A stretch of DNA of 57,712 bases, counting the filler, from Asterionella formosa (taxonomy: Eukaryota), in assembly GCA_002256025.1 (NCBI GenBank). It is 5 parts of 5 records of this genome, joined end to end, with 100 filler letters (N's around TTAATTAATTAA, not from the genome) between each part and the next. Parts side by side here need not be neighbours in the genome. Positions count along the whole stretch, not along the records: positions 11,579 to 23,049 come from NKIB01008467.1; positions 23,150 to 34,610 come from NKIB01008479.1; 3 more parts are not named here. One strand, given 5' to 3'. Made by a program: the position numbers and the translations under genes. The notes beneath the pieces were generated by a model. That model was given only the letters and a program-made list of their open reading frames with translations, was not told where the DNA came from and searched no databases. This document shows positions 13,226 through 26,807 of this stretch, piece by piece (position 1 is the stretch's first letter; each line of letters begins with the position of its first letter).

Positions 13226-16200
13226 ATATATCAATTATATTATCTGAATACATCATGTTAATTATTTGATCAGAGTATCATGCATGCATTCCTTATCATC
13301 ACTATATTAAGTGATCATCTGCACGTAATTATTTGAAATACTTCACGTAATTCTGTAATATAGTTCATGAAATGTATCGATTCAGCTGACGGAATTCTAT
13401 TGTTTAGTTCACGTGACGTATTAATTGTTTTCACGTAACTCATTAATTTAGTTCATGTAATTTTCCGAAGGTCATTCAAGTATTTATCTGAAGGGTCATT
13501 CAACTAAAAATCAGGCGGTTCTTGTTCAACTAATTTTTTTTTTCAAATAATGTAGTTGAATAATTCAACTATTTCACTCAACATGGGAAACAAATCTCGA
13601 AATGCAATTAAGCCTATACTTTACGAATGGAATCTTCAGCTCTTGAAAAGGCAGGCATTTTGGGTCGTCGGTATGGTCAATACAAAAAAAGAAGCCATTC
13701 ATTCAGAATGAAAAATTTTTCACTCCTGAACAGGCATCATTGTGCGATCTTGTTGCAAAAAGAATGCACCACACTGGCTTTTTTCTTGTTCATTGACCTG
13801 CAAATATTTCATAGCAACAGTGTGTCAGTAATTCATTCGAGAGAAGTAGCTAAGCATGTGTCAGTTATTTCATACGCATTGATCCAACGAGGAAAGCACT
13901 TACAAATTTTGTTTTATCCGAATTAGCGATTTCCCGCCGAATGCAAAATGAGCTAGTGAATCACTTCAGAAGGAAGCGATCATGATTTAATCTTTGTGAA
14001 CCCAACAATCGATCATCGTGTCATATGCCCTTCTTGATGTACCATAGAAATAATATTTTTTAGCAGGTCATGTATAGATTGAATATATGCATGTATGTAT
14101 ATATATATCAATTCATTCTAAACTCATTGATCAAACAATGGTGTTGTAGTTAATAAAACAATGTTTTCCGAAAAGAACGCAAAAGAACCACAAGGAATTC
14201 TCCACACCATACCGAGGAAGTAGGTACGAATTTTCCCGTTCCAGCACGTGCTACAAGCTAAGAAGGAGGGAAACAGTGGACACTACCCGGGGAGCTCGAA
14301 GAAAAGGTGACGCAAGGAGGTTAACTGCGCGGTACGCCAACGGAGGTGGTACAGACTCCGCAGATGGTGGGAACACATCATCCATCTTGCAGAATTGTGG
14401 TATTATTCCACAAGGTATATGCACCACAATTCTTTGTTTTTCTGAAGAGCAGTTCGGACTGGTGTTGTTGATTACTGATCCTCTTCGGGAGCCATTGTCG
14501 GAAGAGCACTTGATCAGGCTGGTTGCCGATGGTTAGCAGTTGTGTGAAATAGATGTACAGTTCCATAATAAATTTCGCAATCATTCATCAAAATTTCCAA
14601 TACTTCAACATTTATGTATCATTTGCATCTCTGTATGTCTATAACCTTTTTCAAAGGATAATTAAATATCTTACAAGTATGAATGATAAGATAAAAATTT
14701 CAAGACTTGAAAGAACCTCGAACCTACTTGAAGGTAATCATATCCTTGGTATGGAGTAGTAAGCATCATTGGTACCTATGTATTCCTTCTAAGTACACTG
14801 GTTCTTACATGATATGGAGAATACGCACAGTCCATTACTGCTACTGAAGATATTGGAATGAATGATCAATTCTGGTAGGCATTTGATCATGATCAAACAC
14901 ATTATCACTTGTTATATATTGTTGTTATGTACTCAGATTACTTCTTCGAAGTAAGAAAAATAAATGAATGATCTATTAATAATTCTTCATGAACAACACA
15001 ACTAACGGTAACTTTTGTTGTTGGCGCACCAAAAATGAAAGTACTGGTAATATACTGGTAGATATGTTATTGATCATTGATTCAATCTTTGGTTTTAAGA
15101 CATCTACATTTATCTCACTCTTACTTCGTTATCATCATGTCGAACAAGTGAACATTATAACTTGTAAATGTGTTGATAACTTATCTCAAAAGAATTTGCA
15201 AAACAGCAACTATAATAACAATTCTCTGAAAAAGCTTTCCAAGTCATGTCAAAGACATTAGACGGTTGGTTACACTGTCAACAAAACTGTCTCATGCTTA
15301 CAATGACCATGCAAGTCATGCTTATGAAGACGATTCAAAAAATACAACATCTGCAAACAAGGAACGACCTCATCATCAAGATCCAGATTCTGACGAAGAT
15401 GTTATTGCTTTACTGTCTACTCATGGTAACAACAAGATGCCGCCTTTTTATCCACTCCTTCGAGGAAGAAGTGAGGATGCACCATCAGTCACCAATGATC
15501 CAAAGTCAAATATTATGGAGTTAGCTACAGCTTGCAACAGATGATGATCAAAAGAATGTCCCACAATTCCGCCTTAGTTTTGAGACATTGATTGAACAGA
15601 ATCATCATTATTCATTGCTGTTTTGTGTTCAAAATCTTCATAATAAGATTCCCCTGCTGAATATCATTTCTATTAGTGGGTACCATGATTACAGCCTTGC
15701 CACTACTGTCTATATTATTTCACAATAAATTTTAAATTACATTTAAACTGATGAAAAATTGCACTTGTGCCTTTAGGACACTCCAGTGAAATTAGGACTC
15801 TTCCTTGCAGACCGTGGGACGTCACCGTGACCACATTGCCATACTGGGCGAGGCAAAGCCAAGTTCCATCTGTGGTTTGTTGATTATTTATTTGTGTCTG
15901 GTGCCATGTGTTCAAAGCAAGATCAACTGTATGAACCCATTAGAGCATTAGTCTTATTTTAGTCTATTTTTACTTTAACCTTTAGGGAATCAATGTATGA
16001 GACATTATATCGAGATCAGACATTGTAGTAAGTGGTCTGAGGAGGTTATGCCTCTCACTACTAGGCTAAATATTTGTTCTAGTAAATGTCTATACTGAAT
16101 CACTCCTCTGGATTAGTTCATATTTTAACACTATCTTTACATGTCAGATCCATCGAGTTATTTGCTATTTACTTTAGTAGAGCTCTTGGATATAGTTAAC

Positions 16201-17456
16201 ATTGCTACATAGTTTTGGTTACTTATAGCTACTAATTTACATGGTCTGATGTATTGGTAATACTATTCACCTTCGGTCAAAACCAACAGACCAAAACCAT
16301 ATTAATGGCAAGTAGACAAGTTTTAAGTGTCTATATGAAGTGGGGTTTCAAGTGTTTCACATTATGAATGGATGGTCGATTTGAGTCAATCCAGTGTGAT
16401 TGTAAAGAAAAAATGCAATTACTCTCGATACAGGCTCCCATGATGAACAGAACAACTCCATGTACCAATACCAGGTACCGGTAGTTTGCTTGGTAAGAAA
16501 TCACTTCCTTGAAATGACTGTCTGATTTAAGAGGCATTGTGGTTTCGCTATCACAATAGAATCATTATTGCTCCCTGATTGGTTTATACCTCTACCGAAT
16601 ATAACTTCATAACGCATGTCCCAAAATGACGACGTGACGACTATACAAAAGACGATCTTGTATGTCGAAAAACCCAACAATTGCGATGCTTCCTCCAAAA
16701 ACGATGGATTGCAATACTTCACAAGATTGCTTTATGACCATTTGTGTGAAAAAGCCTCCCTATAACGTCGAATCAAATTACGAGTACCAGGTACCGTTAA
16801 AACAATACGAATGGCTGCACCAGTATATAAATTGAAACATTTACAATAACGTGAGTTTTTGCTCTATATATTCATTCGTCACATTTTTCGATTCGTGGTT
16901 ATGGTACCCTGAGAATTATTGAAATGAAATGACCAGCATATGGATGCTGTCTCTCGGACATCAATTTGTTGAAGAAACGACATTTTGTCATGTTGTACCC
17001 CCAGTGCTCCATCAATGATACCGGTATCTAAGTAAAATTACGTGGTAGGAATGATTGCCAAATTTACAGGTATACCGTTAGGTAAATTGTAAACTGTTCC
17101 ATTCACATGTCTCAGTAAGCATGTAGGAGCGATCAACAATGGATTTAAATAAATGACGGGACCAGGTCACTATTTATTAATCTGTATTTGTCCTTCTATG
17201 TAACTACAGCATTTACTGGTACTGATAGTGCAGAAACGAATACACCCCGGTAAATTAGAATCTATGTAATATTTTTCGATTTTATTGGAAGAAGCAGCTT
17301 GAGATCCCGCGGCTTGTCTCAGGGCCCTCAGGATTCCTCAAAGGAAAAAAACAATCAATCACAAAAACCAGAACAAATACAAGTAAACATACCGGTCGGT
17401 ATGTTTATCGGAACGCACTCCACATTTTTCGCATTCCCCACATCCCATAGCATCAA

Positions 17457-19087
17457 ATGTTTACGACTTTTGTTCTCCTACTCACTTCTGTTGTTTCGGT
17501 CCACGGCCATGGGTATCTCCAAACGCCTCGCTCCCGCAACTACGTTGCTAGTGTTGATGGAAAGGGAACATGGAATGGAGGTCCAACTGACCCAGCCATT
17601 GAATACGATGCTCAGAGTTTAAACGTTGTTGGTAAGAAACGTAATTCATCATTCACAATTGTATTTTTCTACCCTAATCCATCAACTCACTACTATCTTC
17701 CTGCTTTCCATCAAAAAACCACGACAGGACCTCAGTGTGGCCAGGTTGGTTCCAGAAACTATGATTTCCCGCTCTCTAGCACTGGGACACTCCTTGCTCC
17801 AAAAATCCAAGCCACATACACTAGAGGGCAAACCATCAATGTCGATGTCAAGGTAGGAACGATTCTACCACCATCATGCTGGCTTTTTGTCAGCCCATTT
17901 CATTAACATGCTGTACTTTTCCTTCAATTTCGTTCCACATGACACAGATTACTGCGCACCACAAAGGCCACTTTGAGTTTTACGCTTGCGCCATCACAGC
18001 TGGACAAAGTCCTACTCAAGCATGTTTTCGAGCAAATCCATTGGAGTTTGTGGAAGACTTGCTCTATGGGTCTCCAAAAGACGTCAACTACCCTTATAGG
18101 GCTTACATTGCCCCACCTGCCATTTCGAGCCCAATGAACAATATGTTCAGTTACCGCATGAAACTACCAGGCAATGTTGTGGGTGATTTAGTCTTAATTC
18201 AGTGGTGGTATTTGACTGGAAACACATGTGACTATGCAGGTTACGAACAGTACACCTGGCCAGCAAACTGGGGAAACATGGACTCACCCATCTCCAAATG
18301 CATTGCTCCGGCCTACAGTAGCGCTGAGCAGTTCTGGAATTGTGCTGAAGTGAAAATTGTTGATATCGGCCAACCCACTACCACACCAGCTCCAACGCCC
18401 CCTACTGCCACAGTTGTTCCCACTGTAGCAAAAACACCGGCTCCAACAGTGAAATTGACACCTGCTCCAGTATTAGCAACAGGCCAACCTACACCCACAC
18501 AAGCTCCAATGCCTCCTTCGACAACAGCCGCTCCCACTGCAACACTGACGCCAGCTCCAACAGTGAAAGTGACTGCTGCTCCAGTCCCAACTCCTGCACC
18601 CCAGATCTCGTCTACTTCCTTTCCTGTCGTGACACCCATTGTCAAGGTTGGTAATTTCTGTGGAACTTCATGGGCCAATGCTGGCCTTAAGTGTAGCATT
18701 TCTTGCAATGATGGAAACTCTACTGTCTGCAATGCTGGAGAGTATTGTTACGCAGGTGTTTCTTGTCCCGTAGCAACCACTGCCCCAACAAAAGCACCTG
18801 CAGTGGTGGTGGTTGGCACTTGCGGATCAGGTGTACGTGGAAATGGTATTTGTCCTGATGCTGCACTCTGTTGCTCTGCCTGGGGCTATTGTGGAACTGG
18901 ATCGCCATGGTGCGACACTACTGCTCCAGTACCCGCCCCATCGTCAGTTGGTACATGTGGTGGGGGTCAACGTGGAAATGGCATTTGTCCCCAAACTGGC
19001 TTATGCTGCTCAGCATGGGGATATTGTGGAATCGGTGCTCAATATTGCACTCGTCGTAACCTTCATGGCTATGAGGAACAAGAATGA
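17457..19087 (+). CDS. Secreted lytic polysaccharide monooxygenase (AA15/LPMO_10-like) with Pro/Thr linker, Cys-rich module and two hevein (CBM18)-like domains; join(17457..17631,17728..17852,17948..19087)
   Basis: Signal peptide then HGYLQTPRSRN (N-terminal His), TAHHKGHFEF, QWWYLTGN, EQFWNCAEV; two CG...C...CCSAWGYCG.G..C modules; GT-AG introns restore the frame. Confidence 0.9.
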
Positions 19088-19201
19088 AGTTTAGGCGCAA
19101 GGTACCGGTAGTTTGCTACATTCTGACTGCAGGCGAGAAGATGCACTTACGAAGTAAATTATATGTTTTAATATAAGAAATAAATTGACCAAACTCAAGC
19201 C

Positions 19202-22072
19202 TCAATTTGTCTTGGATCGAAGTAAGGTAACAGGAGCACTGGAAAGTGACTGTTCTGATCGATCATCCTTCTTTCGACGAAAACGAAGTTTAGGAAAGCG
19301 ACGTTTTTTTCTGCTATTTTCTGTGACTACAGTGGTTACCTCCGCCACTTCGGCGACTATTGATATGCTTACATCTTTGTCACTGGCATCCTCATCTGGG
19401 TGCTCGTCAACACGATCAATTCTTAAAACGCTTCGTGGGAAGGAATGTGGACTGTCGGGCACTTGCTCAGCTTCACTGAGCTCCTTAGACACATGAAAAC
19501 GTCGCTGTTGGGACTTCGCAGATGCAGTGAACAGAAATAGAAGGCACAGGAGGAAGACAGCAGTGTTACTTAGCAGAAAGCGGGATGTATCAATTGCATC
19601 AATTCTCCACGAAGGCATCATTTTGTCGTTCTCGAACACCTCCATCACGTGTTCCACATAGTTGATGAAGGCAGTCGACGGTGATGGAACCATCTGAAGG
19701 GTCTTGGTAACAAGGAAGCTTAGGAGACCACCCACTCCATTTGACTGTAGTAGCAAGAGGTCAAGTATCCAAGAAACGAAAAAGATAATAGAAGAGATCA
19801 TTCTAAAAAGAAGCGCTGCCGCGCTTACCATCAAAGATGCAAGAGTCATTGGGACTATCATCAGAACATTTGGAAAATATTTTGCAAATGGCAACTTCTG
19901 CAATGACGCACTTCCTAACATGACAAGTTCATTTCCGTGTTTGCCGGCTACAATTGTGAACCAGACGACATTCCGAAGGAACATTATCGACATGGCTTTT
20001 ACAATTGCAATCGCAATAAATCCTCCAGAGGCAACAGCAACGAGCACCCTAATGGTTCCATCGTAAAACTTCTTAGTATCACGACCGGTCTTCATCCCGA
20101 TCTCTAAAGCGTCAAAGGCATATACCAATGCCACGTCACAAAGCACAAAATGAGTCACCGCACACACAATCAGATACCCCAAGGTTCCAATATTGAAGAG
20201 AATCGACGTCAGCCAGCTGTGGTGGGTCGAAGCCAAGATGGGATGGAAACCTATAAATTCGTCAGCATACAGTATTGCAAACATAATCACCGTCAAACTG
20301 CAAATCATGAGGATTTGAGTATTCCGACCATGCTTGTGAAGCATGCCGATGGGGACTATTCCTCGTGATGGCGAAGCAGTCGTCACGTGGGTGTTGTTCT
20401 TGGTAGTATTCATTCTTGATTCCTTGAATTTTTTCAGTTCCTCTAATCTCACAATATCAACCTCATTAAATGCTTTTGGTTTGAGTCGATTCGCCGCTCG
20501 TTGACGAGCCAACTCGATCTTCCGTGCCTTGCGGGCCTCTGTCTTTTGTTCCAATTCTCTGAGGTAGTTCGAGAGCGGATTCTTGGAAAAAATGGTTCCA
20601 TTCGTCATGCCACTCATACTTGACATGGCAGCCGATACGTCATCCCCTGGATACATATCATGTGGTTCACTCTGAATTCCAAGAGAGATCTCGTGCTGCG
20701 TTGAGGAGTGTAGCTCTTCGAAACTAACTGCTTTTCGTGGCGACATGTGTATGTCTAGCCAATCGGCTTCATCATTTAGCTCAGTTTCCGTCAAGCTGAA
20801 AGCAGCGACTCGAGGCATGTCCCAATTCAAGTTGTTACAATATGCTTTGAATTTCGGGAGCAACCATCCGCGGTAAAATGCATCTTCTTGTCGCATCCTT
20901 CTAGCATGAACATTTCTGATTGGATGTTTGGCTGCCTTCTTCGCGGCGCCTTGCAGTTTTGATATTATAACTCCACAAATTTTGCGCATGATAAATTCCA
21001 GGAGCACCTGCGGAATCAATGGAATGTTGGGGTTTACGTTTGCGACGAGTGTGCTACGAACCGACGTGGGTGACAATACTTCGATACTGGCGGAAAAGCC
21101 TTTGATGGTCATGCGTCCACTTCCCAATCTGGTGGGTGGATCCGGAATGTCTAGTTCCTCGTGTACTAGTAAAGATGGCTCATCATATGCTTTATCTGGC
21201 CCTCGATCCTGTATGCCTTGACCGACAAGGAGAATTCGTCCATCTTCCATAATATTGTCACAACCAACAGCTCGAAAGCAGCCATCTCGGGCCAATCCAA
21301 GCTGCGGAGCTCCCAAACAAAACCATCCCACCGTATCAAGCTTATCGAAATCCTTGACGGTGAGAGAGGAGGTACAAAAGGGAGCCCATTTATAATGTAA
21401 ATCCACTTCTTTCAGTACAGCCAATTGTTCAAATATTGGACAGCCATGAATTTCCCCTTCCATTTTGATCGACAGAGATTGGTCCAATTCTTTGCGATAA
21501 TATGTGGTGATTCCAAAGAGAGTTTGCGACAAAATCCAGTTCTCATCGCTATCGAAACTTTGCTGGGCTTTTTGAAAGAGCTTGGCGCGCATCTATGGAA
21601 TGGATTTACATTTCAAATTTCAAGTCATGCAGCGACACAAATCAGAGTTAGTCACGCCAGCTTCCGTTGAACACAACAACAGGCATGCTGGCTATTCGAG
21701 TCTATGGATTATTCCACGTACCACCAGTTTCTCAATGGCGGCTTTGTTTTTCTCAATCAGTTCCGTGGCTTCCTTGTAGTCTTGTTCCGCAGCCAGCATT
21801 GCTGTAGTCACCTTCGGCTTGCGTTTCACGAATCCCTTCCTAGGCGAAGTCTTGGTCGTCGCGGCCGGAGGCTTCTTGAAGCGTTCCTTCACATCCTCTA
21901 GAAGCTTGTACGCTGTGAGATGCCGTTCGTCGTGTGCAAGTCGCAAGACGCGATCTACATCGTGCTTTAGGAACGTCGATGGTGTTCCATCATCTTCTGT
22001 TGTCGTCGGTTGACGAATGACGTAGCCAATGGAGCCTGCACTGGTGCTCCGTGTACTGTTCGTCAACATCAT
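19202..22072 (-). CDS. START/SRPBCC lipid-binding domain protein with C-terminal multi-pass membrane region; complement(join(19202..21592,21722..22072))
   Basis: START-like motifs (GITTYYR, KMEG, LKEVDL..KWAPFC, NVNPNIPLIPQVLLEF), several hydrophobic segments and a phase-0 GT-AG intron. Confidence 0.78.
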
Positions 22073-22468
22073 GGGGTTTGGAGTTCAATGGGCTTCACTG
22101 CAGAATGTCAATTGGGTTTCAAAGTGTTGGTTCGATGATATTACACGGTGATACTACTATAATAGAATTGCGCCTCTTGCTTGGTGCATGATTCGTTTTG
22201 TGTCCATTTCGTATGATGTATAACATGATGTACGGGAGTATTATTCTACCGGTACGCACATTTACAGCTTGCTTGCACTTTTGCTGCATGGCTATATACC
22301 GGTATATTAGTCAGTCCATAGTCGACATGTACTTACTATCTTTACTACTGGTATATACGCACCCCGGTAGTTGTGCGTGCTGTATGATTTCTACCAGGGT
22401 ACCGGTATACCAGGTGCCAGGTACCTGGTGAAGTATCTAACTAGAAGTAGTAGTATTTGTTGAATATA

Positions 22469-23049
22469 TGAGCTTATTTGTTAATCCTTGTGTGTAACTC
22501 GTTCTCCAAGTCGACACCAAAGTATACAATGAGGGTTAGTCGAGTTCTCTCATTATTGAGTTCTGATACATATATGATATAACACTAACCCTATATACAT
22601 CTGTATTGATGCGCAAGATCGCTCACTCTCCCACACCAAGGGAAAACCTTTTACCTTTGAAAAGGTTTGATGTAATGGATATTAATTCGTTCCGTTGTAT
22701 GCATAGTTTGTTGAAAAGTAACTGTACCATAGGATTCGATAGTGATGTAGGAATAACAATACGTCAAGTATCTCCTGGATTCTTTACAAAATACATGAAA
22801 TGTATATGATGAAAATTGATAGAGGGAAAATTTAACAGATGTGTTTGGTTTGTTGATTGAGAATGAGATGAGTTGTTTGATTGAGAATCAATTGTATATC
22901 CAGCAATTGTTTATCATGTATGGAGTAATATTCCAGAGGATATTGAATATTGTCTGCCAAAATTGGATGATTGAGGGAACAGGTAAACAAAGGTTCATCA
23001 TCTACTTCAATTGAGAAAGTAGAAATGGATGTTGATGCTGAAGATTTCG
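22469..23049 (-). mobile_element. Ty3/Gypsy remnant with internally deleted integrase, PPT and a 157 bp LTR (22469-22625)
   Basis: Minus frames give DDEPLFTCSLNHP...YPLEY..I...Q..D, NPGDT*RIVIP and GTVTFQ...ERINIHYIKPF; GGGAGAG tract then TGAGC...GCTCA termini. Confidence 0.62.
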
Positions 23050-23149
23050 NNNNNNNNNNNNNNNNNNNNNNNNNNNNNNNNNNNNNNNNNNNNTTAATTA
23101 ATTAANNNNNNNNNNNNNNNNNNNNNNNNNNNNNNNNNNNNNNNNNNNN

Positions 23150-24338
23150 GGGACTTCCTGATTTGTACGATACAGTTGGAGGAGCTGGTATTGGAACTTG
23201 GTGTCTTATGGGTACGTATTGTATTGATTACTTTCGTGAAATGGTTGCAGATGGCAACAATTCGTGTGCTAACAAGCAGCATCTTCTGCTTCCTTTCTTT
23301 ACAGCGAATATGTGGGGCTGGTATGGAGATCAACTCTACCCACCTCTCATGTCAGCTTGGGCCAAGATGCAGCTTGGTTGGGTCAATGTCGTGAAAGTCC
23401 TTGCGGCTGAAACCAATGTCAAAATCCTTGCAGCTTGTGAGGGTGACACTATTTACAAGATTGCCTACAATATGAAACCTGGGGAATTCTTCTTGGTGGA
23501 AAACAGATACCCATGCGGATACGATGCTAAATTAGCCCATCACCTGGATTCACCGAACAAGGATCGTTCTGGTATTGCTATTTGGCATATTGATGAGTCG
23601 GATGTTCTTGGTGTGGGTGTAATTGGATATCAAACAGAAGGTGTTTGTGGCGGTGGCACTTGCCGCATTCATTACCGTGTAGCTTTGGTCCAGGGCGACG
23701 GAAACTTCGACATGGAAAGGAACGTCAACAAGGGTGACCGCACTGATGCGTTCCGTCAACGCCCCGTTTCCGATACCTTAGGAGCCACTCAAGCATATAA
23801 GATTGATAACAATGGTGTCTACCTCAACAGTGGAGTGGTCTTACCAGAGCCCAACACCAAGGGCTATGCTGGTGCTACAGAATACCCCACTGGCATTTCG
23901 ATTGAAGTCGGTCCACAGGCCAAGAATATGATTCTGATAATCAAGTTGACTGGTGCCACTGGGAACAATAGTGGTAGCAGCACCGGTACGGTTCAAGAAA
24001 AAATCACACCGACGAAAGCCCCTACGATGGCCCCCGTTGTGTCACGAGGCGTTACTTGCACACGGCCGGATTATGTCCGACTTGCAGGTTACGGATGTCC
24101 CACACGACTTCCGATTGTCAAGACTTGCAATAATAGTCCAACCCAGACGTTTTTGGTCACAGGGGTCGGCATCACCCCTAAAAGTTGGAAGACCAAAACT
24201 TGTTCGTTTATTACAGCGAGCAACGCCTTCAAGTTTTGTCCACTCCTTGATTACTCGAAAAGGGATGCTCGAGGGAAGAATCATCCGTACATTTATTACA
24301 CATGTCAGATCCAGTGCAGAGATTGGTCGAAGTGCTAG
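23150..24338 (+). CDS. M6-family (immune inhibitor A-like) metalloprotease, 5'-partial; intron 23212-23304
   Basis: GLPDLYD...GIGTWCLMA, SAWAKMQLGW, EFFLVENR, GIAIWHIDE, VALVQGDG; the HExxH motif would lie in the gap. Confidence 0.88.
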
Positions 24339-24960
24339 TCGAACATACAACATGTTTCTTAGGAGTGTAGCGTCTCAGTTAGCGCTGTAATTTGTTTTTC
24401 TTCACTATTAGTAGTTCTTTTAGTCAAACCTTAATTTAATGAGACGAAAAGCCCTTTCGTGGTCTCCATGCAATAATAGGGCTCCAACTTGAGGCAACAG
24501 GAGTCAAGCATATATATTGCTTTGTTGCGAGTACCAAATCAAGAGACGTTTTAGTGCTCAGAGTAGTCACAAATTGCATGCCTAAGCCATATCCTTCTAC
24601 CTTGTCGGGTCCTCGTCCTTTTTGGACAGATGGTAAACATGCTGTTGACGATCCGATGAGATTGAGCGAAACGTCGTGGGCACTTGGCTCAACATTCAAA
24701 CCAAGGAAGCAAAGGATTTGGAATTGTACTGACGACCAGAGCACTGCCAGTCACCTCGCTATATTTTTTATGCGGGGTGGCTGTTCAATTGACTACCGGT
24801 ATACGCTTTTGAAGCATAATAGTAGCTTTCCAATGCGATCATATTGACTTGATGTAATTAGTGATATTTGCAATGTAGGTTTAATTGCAAAACTAGGTAA
24901 TCTAGGAAATCATATGCCTACGATACCAGCGAACTAAACTATTGAACTGCTGTTGACAAC

Positions 24961-25758
24961 TCAAAATTCGTCCATTTCTTCCTCATCCACCTCATAATGA
25001 ATATCGTCAGGACCGTATTGGAATTCCGGCAAAATATCACCATGATCTCGGAATTGCCAAATATCATGCTCGCCCTTTGCAATTCGCTCGTCTTCCAAAT
25101 CCGCGATTTGTGGAAGCAAAAACATTCTGTGCTGGTTCCATGTGTAATCATCGCGACTTTTAACGAATCCTTCAGCTTCGAGTGTACTAACGCGAATGGC
25201 TTCCTTACGTAGCTGGTCGGGAAATCCGTGCATGCTCAAGTGAATATTAGACGCGTACATCAACTCCCTTGGACTGCAATCTTCCTTTGTTCTCAAGTTA
25301 CACTTGAGAGCCCAAATCCTTTCGTCTGGATCATGTATATCGAGGAGCGTCATTTTCAGAGTGAATGGCTCACCGGGGTTTAATCCAGCAGGAAGGAGAA
25401 TAAAATCATACCCGAATTCTGCTGGGGCATAAATGTCAAACAAGTCCCCTTCCACCATGTGAAGAACGGCCAATCGCATAGCAGGAATAAACAAATCTTT
25501 GGCTAAACCATACGTAGGTTGCTCTGATTGTTCCACGTCTTCATTTCTAATGTTAACGACCTTCCACATGGTCGATACTGTCGCCGAATCAAGGGGATAA
25601 TGAGCACCATAGCCGGCTTCTAACCGCTTGTAGAAGAGACCTGTATTGCCGAGCGGGAGCACACCTTCTTCTTGAGACTTGGCAGTAATCCAGTCGTCTT
25701 CAGCGGCAACTAAAGTGAGGGAAAGGAGGAAACCGACGGTGAAGATGAGTAGATTCAT
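24961..25758 (-). CDS. Secretory-pathway FKBP/Mip-like protein with divergent active site
   Basis: Signal peptide; GLFYKRLEAG..HYP, IPAMRLAVLHMVEGD...IYAPAEFGY; C-terminal helical Cys-pair region ending MDEF. Confidence 0.75.
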   Translation of the reverse strand: MNLLIFTVGFLLSLTLVAAEDDWITAKSQEEGVLPLGNTGLFYKRLEAGYGAHYPLDSATVSTMWKVVNIRNEDVEQSEQPTYGLAKDLFIPAMRLAVLHMVEGDLFDIYAPAEFGYDFILLPAGLNPGEPFTLKMTLLDIHDPDERIWALKCNLRTKEDCSPRELMYASNIHLSMHGFPDQLRKEAIRVSTLEAEGFVKSRDDYTWNQHRMFLLPQIADLEDERIAKGEHDIWQFRDHGDILPEFQYGPDDIHYEVDEEEMDEF

Positions 25759-26329
25759 GGTGGCGGTGGGAAGGAATCTTTTGGTAGTATGAATTGTGAG
25801 TACCGGTAATTGGGATTTCTCATTGTTTGGCCTTTTATTATTCCAATCATTCCGCCCGTACATAGAGGTAATATCTCAGCCTCAGCCGTTTCAAGAGATG
25901 CATGAATTCCACCACTTTGCATTACTGTACGTAATGGTCGATAGTTCATTGGTTCTGATGGTGGTGACAATTGGTCATGCACAACAGCCACGTCTGAGAT
26001 TCATAGTTGAGATACCGGTACCGTACCTGGTGCCTGGTACCTGCTGAGTAAGTACCTGGTACCAGGTACCTGGTGAACTGGTACTCCGACATGCCGGTAC
26101 CTTCTACCTGGTACCAGGGTACAAGTAGCCTGTGTTCGCGCGTGACGTCATAAGTTTCAAATGTACGATTGGCAACTACCAGTACGGTACGGGCAACCAC
26201 TCGGCAGGGCACAGGATCACGAGTTTTGAGGAGTGAACGACAGACTCGATTGTTCCATCTTTGCTTTTCTCTCGGGGCCTGCGCGTCTTGTTCACTTTCG
26301 TTGGGTTTTTTCGTACACACCACAGCCTA

Positions 26330-26423
26330 TGCAAGTTGCGGTCATTTTGCTTAAACTAACTTTTTAATCTGGGATAAAGATAGCTAAATCTTTAGCTTCA
26401 GCAAAATTACCGCAACTTGCTGG
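26330..26423. mobile_element. MITE copy 1 (Tc1/mariner-type; left tip eroded)
   Basis: TIR GCAAGTTGCGGT.ATTTTGCT / AGCAAAATTACCGCAACTTGC-TGG then TA; colinear with 29086-29181. Confidence 0.8.
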
Positions 26424-26807
26424 TACCTGGTACCAGGTACCTGTTCCCATTGCACATGAAGTTCGCACATTGCTTCGGCTGGACTAGAACTAGTCTACCG
26501 TACTTATTAGGTAGTACAAGGTACAAGGTTCACCGTATCCATTGCGCACGTTGCAACTAAATAGGAATACAGTATAGAGCAAGCTGATGCCGTCGTAGGT
26601 TACTTGTACCAGGTACCAGTACAAATGTAGCGCTAGCTAAGAATTTAAAAAGATTTTACGAGTACCGGTATTCACATACCGTACCTGGTACCAGGTAGCT
26701 AATCATAGTCCTCACAGATACACTGGTATACGTAGGATCTTGTGATTATATTCATAAGCAATAAGTGTCACAACGACCCAACTATAAACTCGTATATCTA
26801 TGTAACC

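Noticed and set aside
13600..16800. Short ORFs that may be decayed genes or TEs (also 43065-43346, 44300-44870, 51750-54850)
   Set aside because: Multiple stops and no motif I could assign with confidence.
18313..21221. Antisense ORFs over the LPMO and START genes (likewise 48784-51234)
   Set aside because: Shadow frames of real coding sequence with no independent motifs.
26013..26121. GGTACC-rich repeats as a CRISPR array
   Set aside because: No constant repeat with unique spacers, no cas genes, eukaryotic context.
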